A model generated the notes under the pieces. It saw only the letters and a list, made by a program, of their open reading frames with translations, had not been told where the DNA came from and did not search any database. Shown piece by piece: positions 9,200 to 18,711 of a stretch of 64,000 nt of DNA. Both the position numbers and the translations under genes were made by a program. Numbering within the stretch: position 1 is the stretch's first letter; every line of letters begins with the position of its first letter. The stretch comes from Spirochaetota bacterium (lineage in GTDB: Bacteria; Spirochaetota; UBA4802; UBA5550), in NCBI GenBank assembly GCA_042569985.1, contig JBHPHB010000001.1, positions 1,600-65,599 of the forward strand, read 5' to 3'.

Positions 9200-9448
9200 A
9201 TGAAATTTTATACGGACAGAAGGGCATTTAATCGAAGAATCGCCGATAGAAGAATCTCTGATGACAGGGATTATCATGGATATGACAGAAGGCTCAGGAT
9301 TGGTGATAGGCGAAAACTGGAGAGCAGAAGGTTATTTAACAGGGGATTTTCATATAGGGGTGTAAATAAAATTCACATTTCCCTGGGTTGCAATAAAGTG
9401 ACCGTAATGGCATTAGGGGACATGGCAGATAAGTTTTATTACAAGTAA
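9200..9448 (+). CDS. Hypothetical small arginine-rich protein (DRR/RR repeats)
   Basis: ORF only; DRR/DRRL reiterations. No clear RBS. May be non-coding. Confidence 0.25.
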   Translation: MKFYTDRRAFNRRIADRRISDDRDYHGYDRRLRIGDRRKLESRRLFNRGFSYRGVNKIHISLGCNKVTVMALGDMADKFYYK

Positions 9449-9475
9449 TCTTTTTTAAAAGCGCTTATAAATAAT

Positions 9476-10141
9476 TTATTCTTCACTTTTTATTCTATTT
9501 CTCAAAATCAAATTAATAATGGGTATGGCAATGATGGGTGCCAAAAGGCCCAGGATCAACTTCCATTTGAGCATTATAATTGATGGATCGTATATAATTG
9601 CAAAGGCCATTCCCGCCAAAGCACCGCCCAGGTGTGCATCATGTCCGATATGGTCGTCCTTATTTCTATTCAAAGCGAATGTTGTAACACAAAGAAAGAG
9701 GACAGCGTATAACCAGTCAGGTATTGGTATGGGTAAAGGGAAAATATAAATTGAACCTCCCTCTAAAAGAAAGATAGAGGCATATATAATACCGCAAACC
9801 CCGCCTGATGCACCAACTGCCCTGTAACGACTGTTGTTTCTGTTCCTTATTAAAGATAGCAGGCTACCCGATAGTGTGCTTACCGCGTATGCGGTAATGA
9901 TCACAATAAAGCCGTAACGCCGTTCAATGTGCATTGAAAAAGAATAAAGAGAGAACATGTTGAAGCCAAGGTGTACCAAGTCGGCGTGTACAAGTGCCGA
10001 TGTGAACATTCTGTAGATCTCTTTTTTTGCGAGTATGTGGATGATTGAAAAATCCAGTTTGTTAATAATATTTTTATCATAGAAGGCAAACAGTGATGTT
10101 AACGTAGTGACGGCTATGATTATTATTGTTGTTTTATGCAT
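9476..10141 (-). CDS. Rhomboid family intramembrane serine protease
   Basis: GxSG catalytic motif AVGASGGVCGIIYA. His motif DAHLGGALAGMAFA. 6 TM-like segments. Confidence 0.8.
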   Translation of the reverse strand: MHKTTIIIIAVTTLTSLFAFYDKNIINKLDFSIIHILAKKEIYRMFTSALVHADLVHLGFNMFSLYSFSMHIERRYGFIVIITAYAVSTLSGSLLSLIRNRNNSRYRAVGASGGVCGIIYASIFLLEGGSIYIFPLPIPIPDWLYAVLFLCVTTFALNRNKDDHIGHDAHLGGALAGMAFAIIYDPSIIMLKWKLILGLLAPIIAIPIINLILRNRIKSEE

Positions 10142-10320
10142 GTCGTATTGTTATATGAAATAAAAAAAACTAATTTTTTTATAAAACTTATTGACATATT
10201 AAAATAACTTTTTAATAATACAACTAATATAAAAAAAAATTATTATTAAACTTTTTTTTAAAATAAAGTCGATAATAATTATATCTTTTCAGTAAAAATT
10301 TAAAAGAGGTGTTATAGTCT

Positions 10321-10566
10321 ATGGCTACTCAATCATCAAAACAATTAACGAACAATTTAAAAAGAAAGCAGGCCAAGGTTAAAAAGTTGGATGCTGAAAT
10401 TAAGAAGGAGAAGGGCATCATTGCAAAACTTCAGACTTCAATTACAGCTGCTAAAAAGCGTGAGCAATTAGCTAAGGCAAAAAAGGCTAAGAAAAAGCCA
10501 GCAAAAAAAGCTAAAAAGAAAGTTAAAAAGAAAGCTAAATCTAAAGCGAAAAAGAGAAAAAGATAA
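10321..10566 (+). CDS. Histone H1-like lysine/alanine-rich nucleoid-associated protein
   Basis: C-terminal KKAKKKPAKKAKKKVKKKAKSKAKKRKR tail typical of bacterial histone H1-like (Hc1-type) proteins. AT-rich promoter region upstream. Confidence 0.6.
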   Translation: MATQSSKQLTNNLKRKQAKVKKLDAEIKKEKGIIAKLQTSITAAKKREQLAKAKKAKKKPAKKAKKKVKKKAKSKAKKRKR

Positions 10567-10606
10567 TAGCTTCGGCTTAACTTTTCAGACTTATTTTAAA
10601 AATTAC

Positions 10607-10634
10607 GGGCTGTCTTTATGTCAGCCCTTTTTTA
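10607..10634 (+). terminator. Rho-independent terminator after histone-like gene
   Basis: gggctg-tctttatgt-cagccc hairpin followed by ttttttatt. Confidence 0.6.
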
Positions 10635-10722
10635 TTGTAAAATTTAAATATATTACTATTATTATAAAACAAAATGTTTTACATTATTAAATCGAATTAA
10701 TTAAAGAGAATCATCATAAAAA

Positions 10723-12201
10723 ATGATAGATACATCAAAATTAGCCTCGACATTTACAAAAGACAGGGAAATATCAATTTCATTTGCATACCCCAGTGAT
10801 GAGGTATTCCTTTCGGTAAATTCCTTAATTGCAAAAATATTATCACAAGAAGATAAAATTTACCTTTTAGATTCTGTTTGCTCAATAATAAGAGAGACCA
10901 TACTAAACGCTGTTAAAGCTAATTTTAAAAGGGTGTTTTTTAAGAGCAGCGGCCTCGATATTCATACTCCCAAAGATTACGTTAAGGGAATGAGGGAATT
11001 CAAGAAATCAGTTATTATTGGCCAGGACAACTTCAGGGGTGAAATCACAGACAGTGAATATATAGTTGATATGAGGATAACCAAATCCCCTGATGGTATA
11101 ACCATTGCAATAGTAAATAACTTCAAAGTATTACCTGTAGAACTTGAGAGAATTAAATTCAGGATAATGACTGCAAAAAAAGCCCATAATTTTTCAGAAG
11201 CCTATGGTTCCGTGTCAGATAAAACTGAAGGTGCCGGCCTTGGTATTATCCTGTCAGTTTTTCTTTTAAAGAATGCCGGCATAGATTCTAATAGCTATAT
11301 AGTTACTGGCGACAATGAGTCTTTTAGTACGTCATTTCAAATACCGGCAAATATAAAGAAGATTGAAGCTACTTCATCCATTAAGGAAAAAATAATTAAT
11401 GATGTTAATGCTTTCCCCACGTTTCCCAAAAAAATAATGAAAATGCAATCATTGTGTAATGAACCCGAGGTTGAAATTGATGAAATAACATCGGAAATAA
11501 TACTTGATCCATCCCTTACTGCGGATGTTTTGAAACTGGCAAATTCAGCCGGTTTCATAACTGCAAAGAGAATTGAAAATATTAAAGATGCAATTATAAA
11601 AATTGGATTGAAAAACTTAAAATCAATACTTACCGCCACAACTGCCAGAAAAATACTGGACGACAGGTATAGTAAATTCGAGAAAATATGGGATCACTGC
11701 AATAAGGCAGCATTTTATGCCAGGGACATTTCATTAGAAATGGGTATGCCTTCTATAGCGGACAATGTATTTATATCCGGTCTGCTCCATGACATTGGGA
11801 AAATAGTTTTATTGTCTGCTGACATGAAACTTGTTGACGAGATTTCAGAAATTGCTTCGAGCAGACGGATTAGTGCAACATCAATAATTGAAGAGATATC
11901 AATTGGAATTAGCCATGTAACAATTGGAAAGCTCATTGCAGAGAAATGGAATTTCCCCGATTACCTTGTTGAAGCAATCAACGGGCACCACGCTCCGTTA
12001 AACGCACTGACCAGGCATAGAGATGTTGTTGATATAGTATACCTGGCGAATCTGCTTTGCGGGATAGAGGATGAAAAGTATAATTTCCATTTTATTGAAA
12101 CAGAAATTCTAGAAAAATTAAAAATCACTAAAAAAAATGATTTTAACGAGTTTAGAAAAAACCTGAAAAATAAATATGTTAAAAACTTATCATCGAAATA
12201 G
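10723..12201 (+). CDS. Two-domain signalling protein: N-terminal GHKL/anti-sigma-kinase-like ATPase-like region plus C-terminal HDOD domain
   Basis: N-box-like ETILNAVKAN and G2-box-like EGAGLGIILSV in the first 200 aa. C-terminal HDOD-type stretch SGLLHDIGKIVLL ... GISHVTIGKLIAEKWNFP. Confidence 0.55.
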   Translation: MIDTSKLASTFTKDREISISFAYPSDEVFLSVNSLIAKILSQEDKIYLLDSVCSIIRETILNAVKANFKRVFFKSSGLDIHTPKDYVKGMREFKKSVIIGQDNFRGEITDSEYIVDMRITKSPDGITIAIVNNFKVLPVELERIKFRIMTAKKAHNFSEAYGSVSDKTEGAGLGIILSVFLLKNAGIDSNSYIVTGDNESFSTSFQIPANIKKIEATSSIKEKIINDVNAFPTFPKKIMKMQSLCNEPEVEIDEITSEIILDPSLTADVLKLANSAGFITAKRIENIKDAIIKIGLKNLKSILTATTARKILDDRYSKFEKIWDHCNKAAFYARDISLEMGMPSIADNVFISGLLHDIGKIVLLSADMKLVDEISEIASSRRISATSIIEEISIGISHVTIGKLIAEKWNFPDYLVEAINGHHAPLNALTRHRDVVDIVYLANLLCGIEDEKYNFHFIETEILEKLKITKKNDFNEFRKNLKNKYVKNLSSK

Positions 12202-12212
12202 GAAATGCCGGT

Positions 12213-13916
12213 ATGGGCAAGTATACAGTTAAGGATACTCCATCCGGTGGGGCAACGCTTGTTTATAATGATTCCATAAGGCTTCATTCTGCCTATGATC
12301 CCGGAAAGGAAGCCCAGAGGGCGGTCTCTGCTTTTAAAGCCGGAAGGGCATCAATAATTCTTGTATCCGGGATGGGGCTGGCTTATCATGTTCAATCTTT
12401 GAAAAAAAAATACCCCCATGTAAATATTATTGTAATGGAACATGATGTTGAGGTTGTAGATATTGCAATGAAAATCTGTCCGGACCATTTAACAGATGTT
12501 GCAGTGGTTAACTCATCCTATGACCTTCCGAAAATATTTGAAGAACTTGATTTATCTGATTTTAAAGGAATATCCCTTTATACCCACAGGTCATCTTATC
12601 AAATTTATAAAGATTTTTATGATGGTATTATTAAGGATATATCACAATACATCTCTTCAAAGGTAAGTGACCTCCTCACAAGATTTGAGTTCGAAGAAAG
12701 ATGGGTTGAGAATATCTTCTCAAATATACCTTTGGTTTTTAAATCTTCCACTGTGATAAATTTATTCGGTAAATTTAAAGGCTACCCCGGTATAATTGTA
12801 TCCGCCGGCCCTTCATTGAGAAAAAATGTTGAGCTTTTGCACAAGATAAAGGACAAGGCACTCATAGTATGTGTTGATACCGCCATTAAAGTCTTAACCA
12901 GGAGGAATATTTACCCCCACATAGTAATGACCCTTGATGCCCAGGCATACAGCGTAAAGCATTTTCTCGGCCTTAGTAATTACTACCCCGTCCTTCTCGC
13001 GGATGTGGTGAGTAACCCCGGAGTGGCCAGACAATATAAAGGCAAAAAGGTTATCAGTACAACGGCAAAGTATTACACGGACAGCAGGGGTGAATCTAAA
13101 AGAGAAGCGACTCCCGTAATGGACTGGATTGAGAGATATATACCTCCAATTGGCGACATCCAATCGGGAGGTTCCGTAGCTACAAGCGTATTTGATCTCC
13201 TCCTGAATTTGGGATGTGACCCCATTGTCCTAATGGGCCAGGACCTTGCATATACTGGAAGGGAGATCCATTGCAGCGGCACCTACCATAATGATGACTG
13301 GCTGACGAAATATTCACGTGTACTTAATCTTGATACGATAAATCAAAGGGTAATTAGAAAAAGACAGATTAAATATGTTGATGCATATGGAAAATCGGGA
13401 AAGGTTATCTCCGATTTTGTTTTTGATTTATATAAGGGTTGGTTTGAGGATTCAGCCGGTAAAGTTAAAGCTGCAATTGTCAACTCCACAGAGGGGGGAG
13501 CTTTTATCAGGAATACGGTGGAGAAAAGCCTGGAGCAATTAATTAAGGAATCCCCTGACAGGAAACAAACACCCGGGGAGATTATTGACAGGTTTTTATC
13601 CGGTCATAATAAAACAGGGCACAATGAGTTTAATGAAGCACTAAAAAAAGCAGTGGCGGGAATAAATAAAATTTCCCAGATGTCACAGGATGCAATTGAA
13701 AATAATTTAGATACTGATTTGGCTGCATTAATTGATGATTATGATTTATCACTTTTATATAATCCCTACCTTAGAAAAACAAACACCTATCTTTCGCGGC
13801 ATGAAATTGAACCGGAAAAAGCTGTACTTATGATTAATAAAAATATTTTATCAGCTTCAAAAAAACTGGCCACCATTGTAAGCAACTGTGTTAAGAATCT
13901 CAATGCAACGCAGTGA
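12213..13916 (+). CDS. DUF115 (MptE-like / motility-accessory-factor Maf family) protein
   Basis: Central GIIVSAGPSL...CVDTAIKVL...LMGQDLAYT block characteristic of the DUF115/Maf family. Assignment from memory of the family consensus. Confidence 0.5.
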   Translation: MGKYTVKDTPSGGATLVYNDSIRLHSAYDPGKEAQRAVSAFKAGRASIILVSGMGLAYHVQSLKKKYPHVNIIVMEHDVEVVDIAMKICPDHLTDVAVVNSSYDLPKIFEELDLSDFKGISLYTHRSSYQIYKDFYDGIIKDISQYISSKVSDLLTRFEFEERWVENIFSNIPLVFKSSTVINLFGKFKGYPGIIVSAGPSLRKNVELLHKIKDKALIVCVDTAIKVLTRRNIYPHIVMTLDAQAYSVKHFLGLSNYYPVLLADVVSNPGVARQYKGKKVISTTAKYYTDSRGESKREATPVMDWIERYIPPIGDIQSGGSVATSVFDLLLNLGCDPIVLMGQDLAYTGREIHCSGTYHNDDWLTKYSRVLNLDTINQRVIRKRQIKYVDAYGKSGKVISDFVFDLYKGWFEDSAGKVKAAIVNSTEGGAFIRNTVEKSLEQLIKESPDRKQTPGEIIDRFLSGHNKTGHNEFNEALKKAVAGINKISQMSQDAIENNLDTDLAALIDDYDLSLLYNPYLRKTNTYLSRHEIEPEKAVLMINKNILSASKKLATIVSNCVKNLNATQ

Positions 13917-14136
13917 TGATATAATGATTATATCAATTTAGCCTTGTTTAAATCAAATTCATAAATAAATATTACAATTTTTGTAAATCTTTTGACCTTT
14001 TCTGTGACAATTTTGCGCAATAAGTATATATTTAAAGTGAAAATCTACCGATAAATATACAAATTAACGTGCTAATCGGTTTATAGACCAAAATATAAAT
14101 CTTGATACTTTAATATCCGTTTATAATAAAACTAAA

Positions 14137-15012
14137 ATGAAAAAAAAATTATTATTATTATTACTAGGCATCTTATCAATCGCTGTTTCAATTCCTCTAA
14201 ATGCATACATATCCTGGAGCCCAAAAAAATTCAATGCTGCGGGAATTAATATTGACTGGCAAAAAGGTAAAATTTCTTCCATTGGAATTTCCGAGATACC
14301 AACAGATGAGAAGGGGAGCCCGGTTGATTATGAAAATCGCAATGTCATATCCATAAACAAGGGCAGGCTGGATGCATATAAGAGGGCAAGGGAGAGTGCC
14401 GTTCAAAAAATAATAAATTCCATGCTTTCGTTAAGAATTGACTATGAAAACAGTTTATTAAACTTAATAAAAAGTCACAGGTTTACGCGTAACAGGTTGT
14501 CGCAATTAATTTCCCGCCGGATGAAGGTAAGCGAATATCCCGTTGATTTTTTTCAATCAGGATGTATTGCTGAATTGAAGATGGGTGATTTAATACACGT
14601 TTTGCCATATCATTATCCGTCTTCTGATTTTCCAAAAATACACAACATCGAAATTGAGACCAGGTATACGGGATTAATTGTTGACACAAGGGGCCTTGGG
14701 ATTATGCCCATGGTTTTGCCATCTATATATAATGAAGACGGCCTTGAGATTTACAGCCGTTATAATGTAGATATAAAATGGGCCAGTAAATACGGGATAG
14801 TTTCCTATGTACATACAGAAAGTATGGCATTGAAAAACAGGAAAGCCGGGAATCGTCCTTTTTACACGGTTGCTGTTAAGGAGAGCAGGGGCTGTCCGGT
14901 TTTGTCAACGAAGGATATAAGGAAAATATACAGCAGCAGGGATACTTTGAAAAGGCTAAAAAAATGCAATGTAATCTTTATTATAGACAGAGAAAAAAAA
15001 ATAAATAAATAA
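14137..15012 (+). CDS. Hypothetical secreted protein
   Basis: N-terminal signal peptide MKKKLLLLLLGILSIAVSIPLNA. No recognisable catalytic motif. First gene of a 3-gene overlapping operon. Confidence 0.5.
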   Translation: MKKKLLLLLLGILSIAVSIPLNAYISWSPKKFNAAGINIDWQKGKISSIGISEIPTDEKGSPVDYENRNVISINKGRLDAYKRARESAVQKIINSMLSLRIDYENSLLNLIKSHRFTRNRLSQLISRRMKVSEYPVDFFQSGCIAELKMGDLIHVLPYHYPSSDFPKIHNIEIETRYTGLIVDTRGLGIMPMVLPSIYNEDGLEIYSRYNVDIKWASKYGIVSYVHTESMALKNRKAGNRPFYTVAVKESRGCPVLSTKDIRKIYSSRDTLKRLKKCNVIFIIDREKKINK

Positions 15013-15653
15013 TGAATCCAATATCAAGAATATTATCCAAATTTTTTTCGACGCTAAACAGGCTTATAAATGACCTGGACTTGAGGTCGGTGAGAATCAT
15101 TCAGCAGACATTTATCTTTATTATCATAGTCCTCTGTATAGTGGGTATATTTGTGGGTTACAACATGGGGAGTAAGTCTGCCAAGGTTAAAAAAGGGCCG
15201 CCCCTTGCGCCTAATACCAGGGATATTTTTGAAATAATTATCAACCGTGAAAAGGAGAGCGGCAAATTTGCACCGATGCTTGAATCAAAATTGATAACAG
15301 AGTCAAGGTATTCAAAAGAAAAAAAGATAATGTTTAAATCACAGGAAAAGTTAACTCCCGATTTGGATGAAAGTATAGTTGATACGCATAAAAACAAAAA
15401 GTCAAAGACTTCAACTCAAATGAAAATGCAAAACGAAATATTTGAGGGTGAGTATATGCGGAGAATGAAGAGAAAAACAGATGTGAAGCCCTTGAAGAAA
15501 AAAGAGGATATGCCTGATTCTAAAAAAGAGAATAGGGTTATAAATGATAAGGGGAGTATTTTACCTCTAAAGAAAGGTACAGAAAAAGAAAGAAAAATTA
15601 AATTAAAGGACCCCGTGATAATAAAAAAGAATACAGGGATAATTGATAAATGA
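15012..15653 (+). CDS. Hypothetical membrane-anchored lysine-rich protein
   Basis: Single TM (IIQQTFIFIIIVLCIVGIFVGY) then K/E-rich tail. Start overlaps previous stop (taaATGa). Confidence 0.45.
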   Translation: MNPISRILSKFFSTLNRLINDLDLRSVRIIQQTFIFIIIVLCIVGIFVGYNMGSKSAKVKKGPPLAPNTRDIFEIIINREKESGKFAPMLESKLITESRYSKEKKIMFKSQEKLTPDLDESIVDTHKNKKSKTSTQMKMQNEIFEGEYMRRMKRKTDVKPLKKKEDMPDSKKENRVINDKGSILPLKKGTEKERKIKLKDPVIIKKNTGIIDK

Positions 15654-16510
15654 GAAATATATTTTTTGTGTTTTTAATGGTGACTTTTACGCTTCCTCTG
15701 TTTGCACAGAATTTTTCAAAAACAGAAAAGGTTATAAATACAATATTGGATGATTCAGTTAAAAGTGGACCTCAAAGTTTTCGCAAGGATAAAAACAGGA
15801 AAACCAGGGAACAAATATCAACTGATAAAAAAAAGAAAAAGAACCAAAAAGATACATTGAAAACTTCCTCGGAAGATGAGACCCTTTTAAAAACGGGAAT
15901 ACATTTTTTTAACGGCGGACTCAATGAACATGCATTGAAAGTTTTTTATAACCTCATTGCCAAGTTTCCCCAAAGCCCCAATTTGGATAATTCAAGGATA
16001 TGGATAGGTAAAATAAAAATTAAGCAGTATAAATATATAGATGCCATAAATGAATTATCAAAGATAAAAAAAGATTCAGGTGAATACCCCGGGGCAATAT
16101 TTTATATTGGCCAATGCTATTATCTCAATGGCAACAAAGTTAAATCTTTAGGGTTTTTTCAAAAGGTCTTTTCTGAATTTCCCAACCATGACCTTGCGGA
16201 CAATGCATTACTCAGGACTGCCAGGATCTATCTTCAACAGAGAAGCGGCGACCAGGCTGTTGAGTCCGCTGTTAAGCTGATAAAGTACTACAAGGATAGA
16301 GAGACAATTGATGATGCCTATTACCTCCTTGGAAAGATATTCGAAAAGGATCCCACACTTAAGGATATTGAAAGGGCCAGGAGAATTTATAAGCAGTTTT
16401 TAAAGAAGGAAAGGGATGGAATTGCTCATTTTAAAAATTCCCCTTTAAAGCATAAGATCAAAAGAGACCTCAGGTTTATCGAGAAGACCTATTTCATGAT
16501 GGAAAACTGA
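15650..16510 (+). CDS. TPR-repeat periplasmic protein (YbgF-like architecture)
   Basis: Signal peptide, then TPR-like repeats (ALKVFYNLIAKFPQSPN..., AIFYIGQCYYLNGN..., ALLRTARIYLQQ...). 4-nt overlap with upstream gene. Confidence 0.55.
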   Translation: MRNIFFVFLMVTFTLPLFAQNFSKTEKVINTILDDSVKSGPQSFRKDKNRKTREQISTDKKKKKNQKDTLKTSSEDETLLKTGIHFFNGGLNEHALKVFYNLIAKFPQSPNLDNSRIWIGKIKIKQYKYIDAINELSKIKKDSGEYPGAIFYIGQCYYLNGNKVKSLGFFQKVFSEFPNHDLADNALLRTARIYLQQRSGDQAVESAVKLIKYYKDRETIDDAYYLLGKIFEKDPTLKDIERARRIYKQFLKKERDGIAHFKNSPLKHKIKRDLRFIEKTYFMMEN

Positions 16511-16721
16511 TTTCGTATTTTCTATCTTTTTACCCTGTATAATTTTATCCACGTGAAATAATCATACAATTATTATCACTCACATTAATATGAAATAGAT
16601 AAAGAATACTTGACTTTTCCATCTGCAATATGATGTTTTATTATGAAAATTATATAATGCATGTTGAGGAGTAGTTTATTTTATCAATCTCTTCAACTGT
16701 TGATGAATTCCGGAGTCAGGG

Positions 16722-17882
16722 ATGATTATTGAAAACTTACTCGATACGGACCTTTATAAATTTACCATGCAGCAGGCTGTTTTGCACAGGTTTCCAGCAC
16801 TGGATGCGGAATTTGCATTCCGCTGCAGAAATACCGATGTTGATTTGACTGCACATATAGATGAAATTAAAGATGAAGTAGATCATCTTTGCTCAATCCA
16901 ATTTAAGGATGAAGAGCTCCAATTTCTGAAAAGCCTGAGGTTCATGAAGAGTGACTACATCGATTTTCTTAAAATTTTCAAGCTCAACAGAGAATTTATT
17001 CATATAAACTCAAAAGAGGGCCGGCTGGATATTCGAATTAAAGGCCCCTGGCTGCACACTATTTTATTTGAAGTCCCCGTTCTTGCAATAGTAAACGAGG
17101 TGTATTTTAGAAACACAGACCCGGAACCGGACTACAGTCTGGCAATGGGGCTGCTTTCAAAAAAGATTGATATTGTTAAGGAAAATAGTAAAATATTCAG
17201 ATTTGCCGATTTTGGGACTAGGAGAAGAAGGTCCAGGGAATGGCAGCGTGAAATTATTGAAACACTTGTGAAGAAAATCGGGAAGAATTTTATTGGAACC
17301 AGCAATGTGCTTTTTGCCATGGAGAATAGCATTTCCCCCATAGGTACGATGGCGCATGAGTTCCTTCAGGCATGCCAGGCAACGGAGGTGAGGCTTGTGG
17401 ATAGCCAGAAGTTTGCCCTGGAATGCTGGGTGCAGGAGTACAGGGGAGACCTGGGGATAGCTCTTTCCGATGTTGTGGGCATGGATGCATTCCTCAGGGA
17501 TTTTGACCTCTATTTCTGCAAGCTCTTTGACGGGGCCAGGCATGATTCGGGAGATCCCTATGTATGGTGTGATAAGCTCATTGACCATTATGGTAAGATG
17601 AAGGTTGACCCGGCAACCAAGACCGCAGTATTCAGTGACGGCCTTGATTTTAAAAAGGCCAGAGATATAGCATTAAAGTATGGCCATAAGATCAATGTTG
17701 TTTTTGGTATTGGAACAAATCTCACCAACGATTTTGGAGATGAGCCTCTTCAGATTGTAATTAAGATGACAAAATGCAATGGCCAGCATGTAGCAAAGAT
17801 AAGCGATACTCCGGGGAAGACTATTTGTGAGGATGATTCATTCATCAGTTATTTAAAGGGTGTATTTAAAATTAAGGACTGA
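16722..17882 (+). CDS. pncB: Nicotinate phosphoribosyltransferase
   Basis: N-terminus LLDTDLYKFTMQQAVLHRFP..AEFAFRCR closely matches the PncB family start. ~390 aa as expected. Confidence 0.9.
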   Translation: MIIENLLDTDLYKFTMQQAVLHRFPALDAEFAFRCRNTDVDLTAHIDEIKDEVDHLCSIQFKDEELQFLKSLRFMKSDYIDFLKIFKLNREFIHINSKEGRLDIRIKGPWLHTILFEVPVLAIVNEVYFRNTDPEPDYSLAMGLLSKKIDIVKENSKIFRFADFGTRRRRSREWQREIIETLVKKIGKNFIGTSNVLFAMENSISPIGTMAHEFLQACQATEVRLVDSQKFALECWVQEYRGDLGIALSDVVGMDAFLRDFDLYFCKLFDGARHDSGDPYVWCDKLIDHYGKMKVDPATKTAVFSDGLDFKKARDIALKYGHKINVVFGIGTNLTNDFGDEPLQIVIKMTKCNGQHVAKISDTPGKTICEDDSFISYLKGVFKIKD

Positions 17883-17889
17883 GGGGTTT

Positions 17890-18702
17890 ATGATGATAAC
17901 CGATTTTTCAAAACCTGTTGAAAATATCAGGAAAGAACTGGAAGAGTATATTGTCCGGTGCGGGATCAAATCTCTCGTTATTGGCATTTCCGGCGGTATA
18001 GACAGTGCAATTTGCTCTGTCCTGGCACTTCCGGTATGTGAAAAGCTGGGCATTCCTCTAATCGGGAGAAGCATCGCAATAGAGACCAATAAAGAGGATG
18101 AGATAGTTCGGGCAAAAAAAATTGGGGCATATTTCTGTACGGATTTTAAAGAAGTGGATTTAACCGATTTTCATAAGGGCTTCATAGGTATGCTGAAAGT
18201 TGAAGAAGGACAAAATGATGGGGATGATTATTCATTAAAAATAAGACATGGCAACATTAAGGCCAGGATAAGAATGATTTATCTCTATGACCTTGCAAAT
18301 AAAAACAGCGGCATGGTCCTTTCTACAGATAACAAAACAGAACTTCTCGTTGGTTTCTGGACACTCCACGGGGATGTTGGTGATTATGGAATGATTCAAA
18401 ATCTCTGGAAAACCGAGGTCTATGCTATGGCACGGTACCTGGCGGGAAGGTATGACGGGAAGATGGAGGAATCGATTACTGAGTGTATTGATGCTATACC
18501 CACGGACGGGCTGGGAATAACAAGTAGTGATTTTGACCAGCTCGGGGTCAAGTCCTATGATGAGTGTGATATGATTTTGAAAGACTATGCTGAAGAGGGG
18601 AATAACCGGTATAAAGATCATCCTGTAATTTCCAGGCACAGGAGAACCGGGTATAAAAGAATGAATCCCTTTAATATACCCAGGGATAAAATATTCAAAT
18701 AG
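17890..18702 (+). CDS. nadE: NH3-dependent NAD+ synthetase
   Basis: PP-loop SGGIDSA in LVIGISGGIDSAICS. ATG at 17890 preferred (gagggg RBS) over 17860, which would overlap pncB. Confidence 0.85.
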   Translation: MMITDFSKPVENIRKELEEYIVRCGIKSLVIGISGGIDSAICSVLALPVCEKLGIPLIGRSIAIETNKEDEIVRAKKIGAYFCTDFKEVDLTDFHKGFIGMLKVEEGQNDGDDYSLKIRHGNIKARIRMIYLYDLANKNSGMVLSTDNKTELLVGFWTLHGDVGDYGMIQNLWKTEVYAMARYLAGRYDGKMEESITECIDAIPTDGLGITSSDFDQLGVKSYDECDMILKDYAEEGNNRYKDHPVISRHRRTGYKRMNPFNIPRDKIFK

Positions 18703-18711
18703 GAGAATTTG

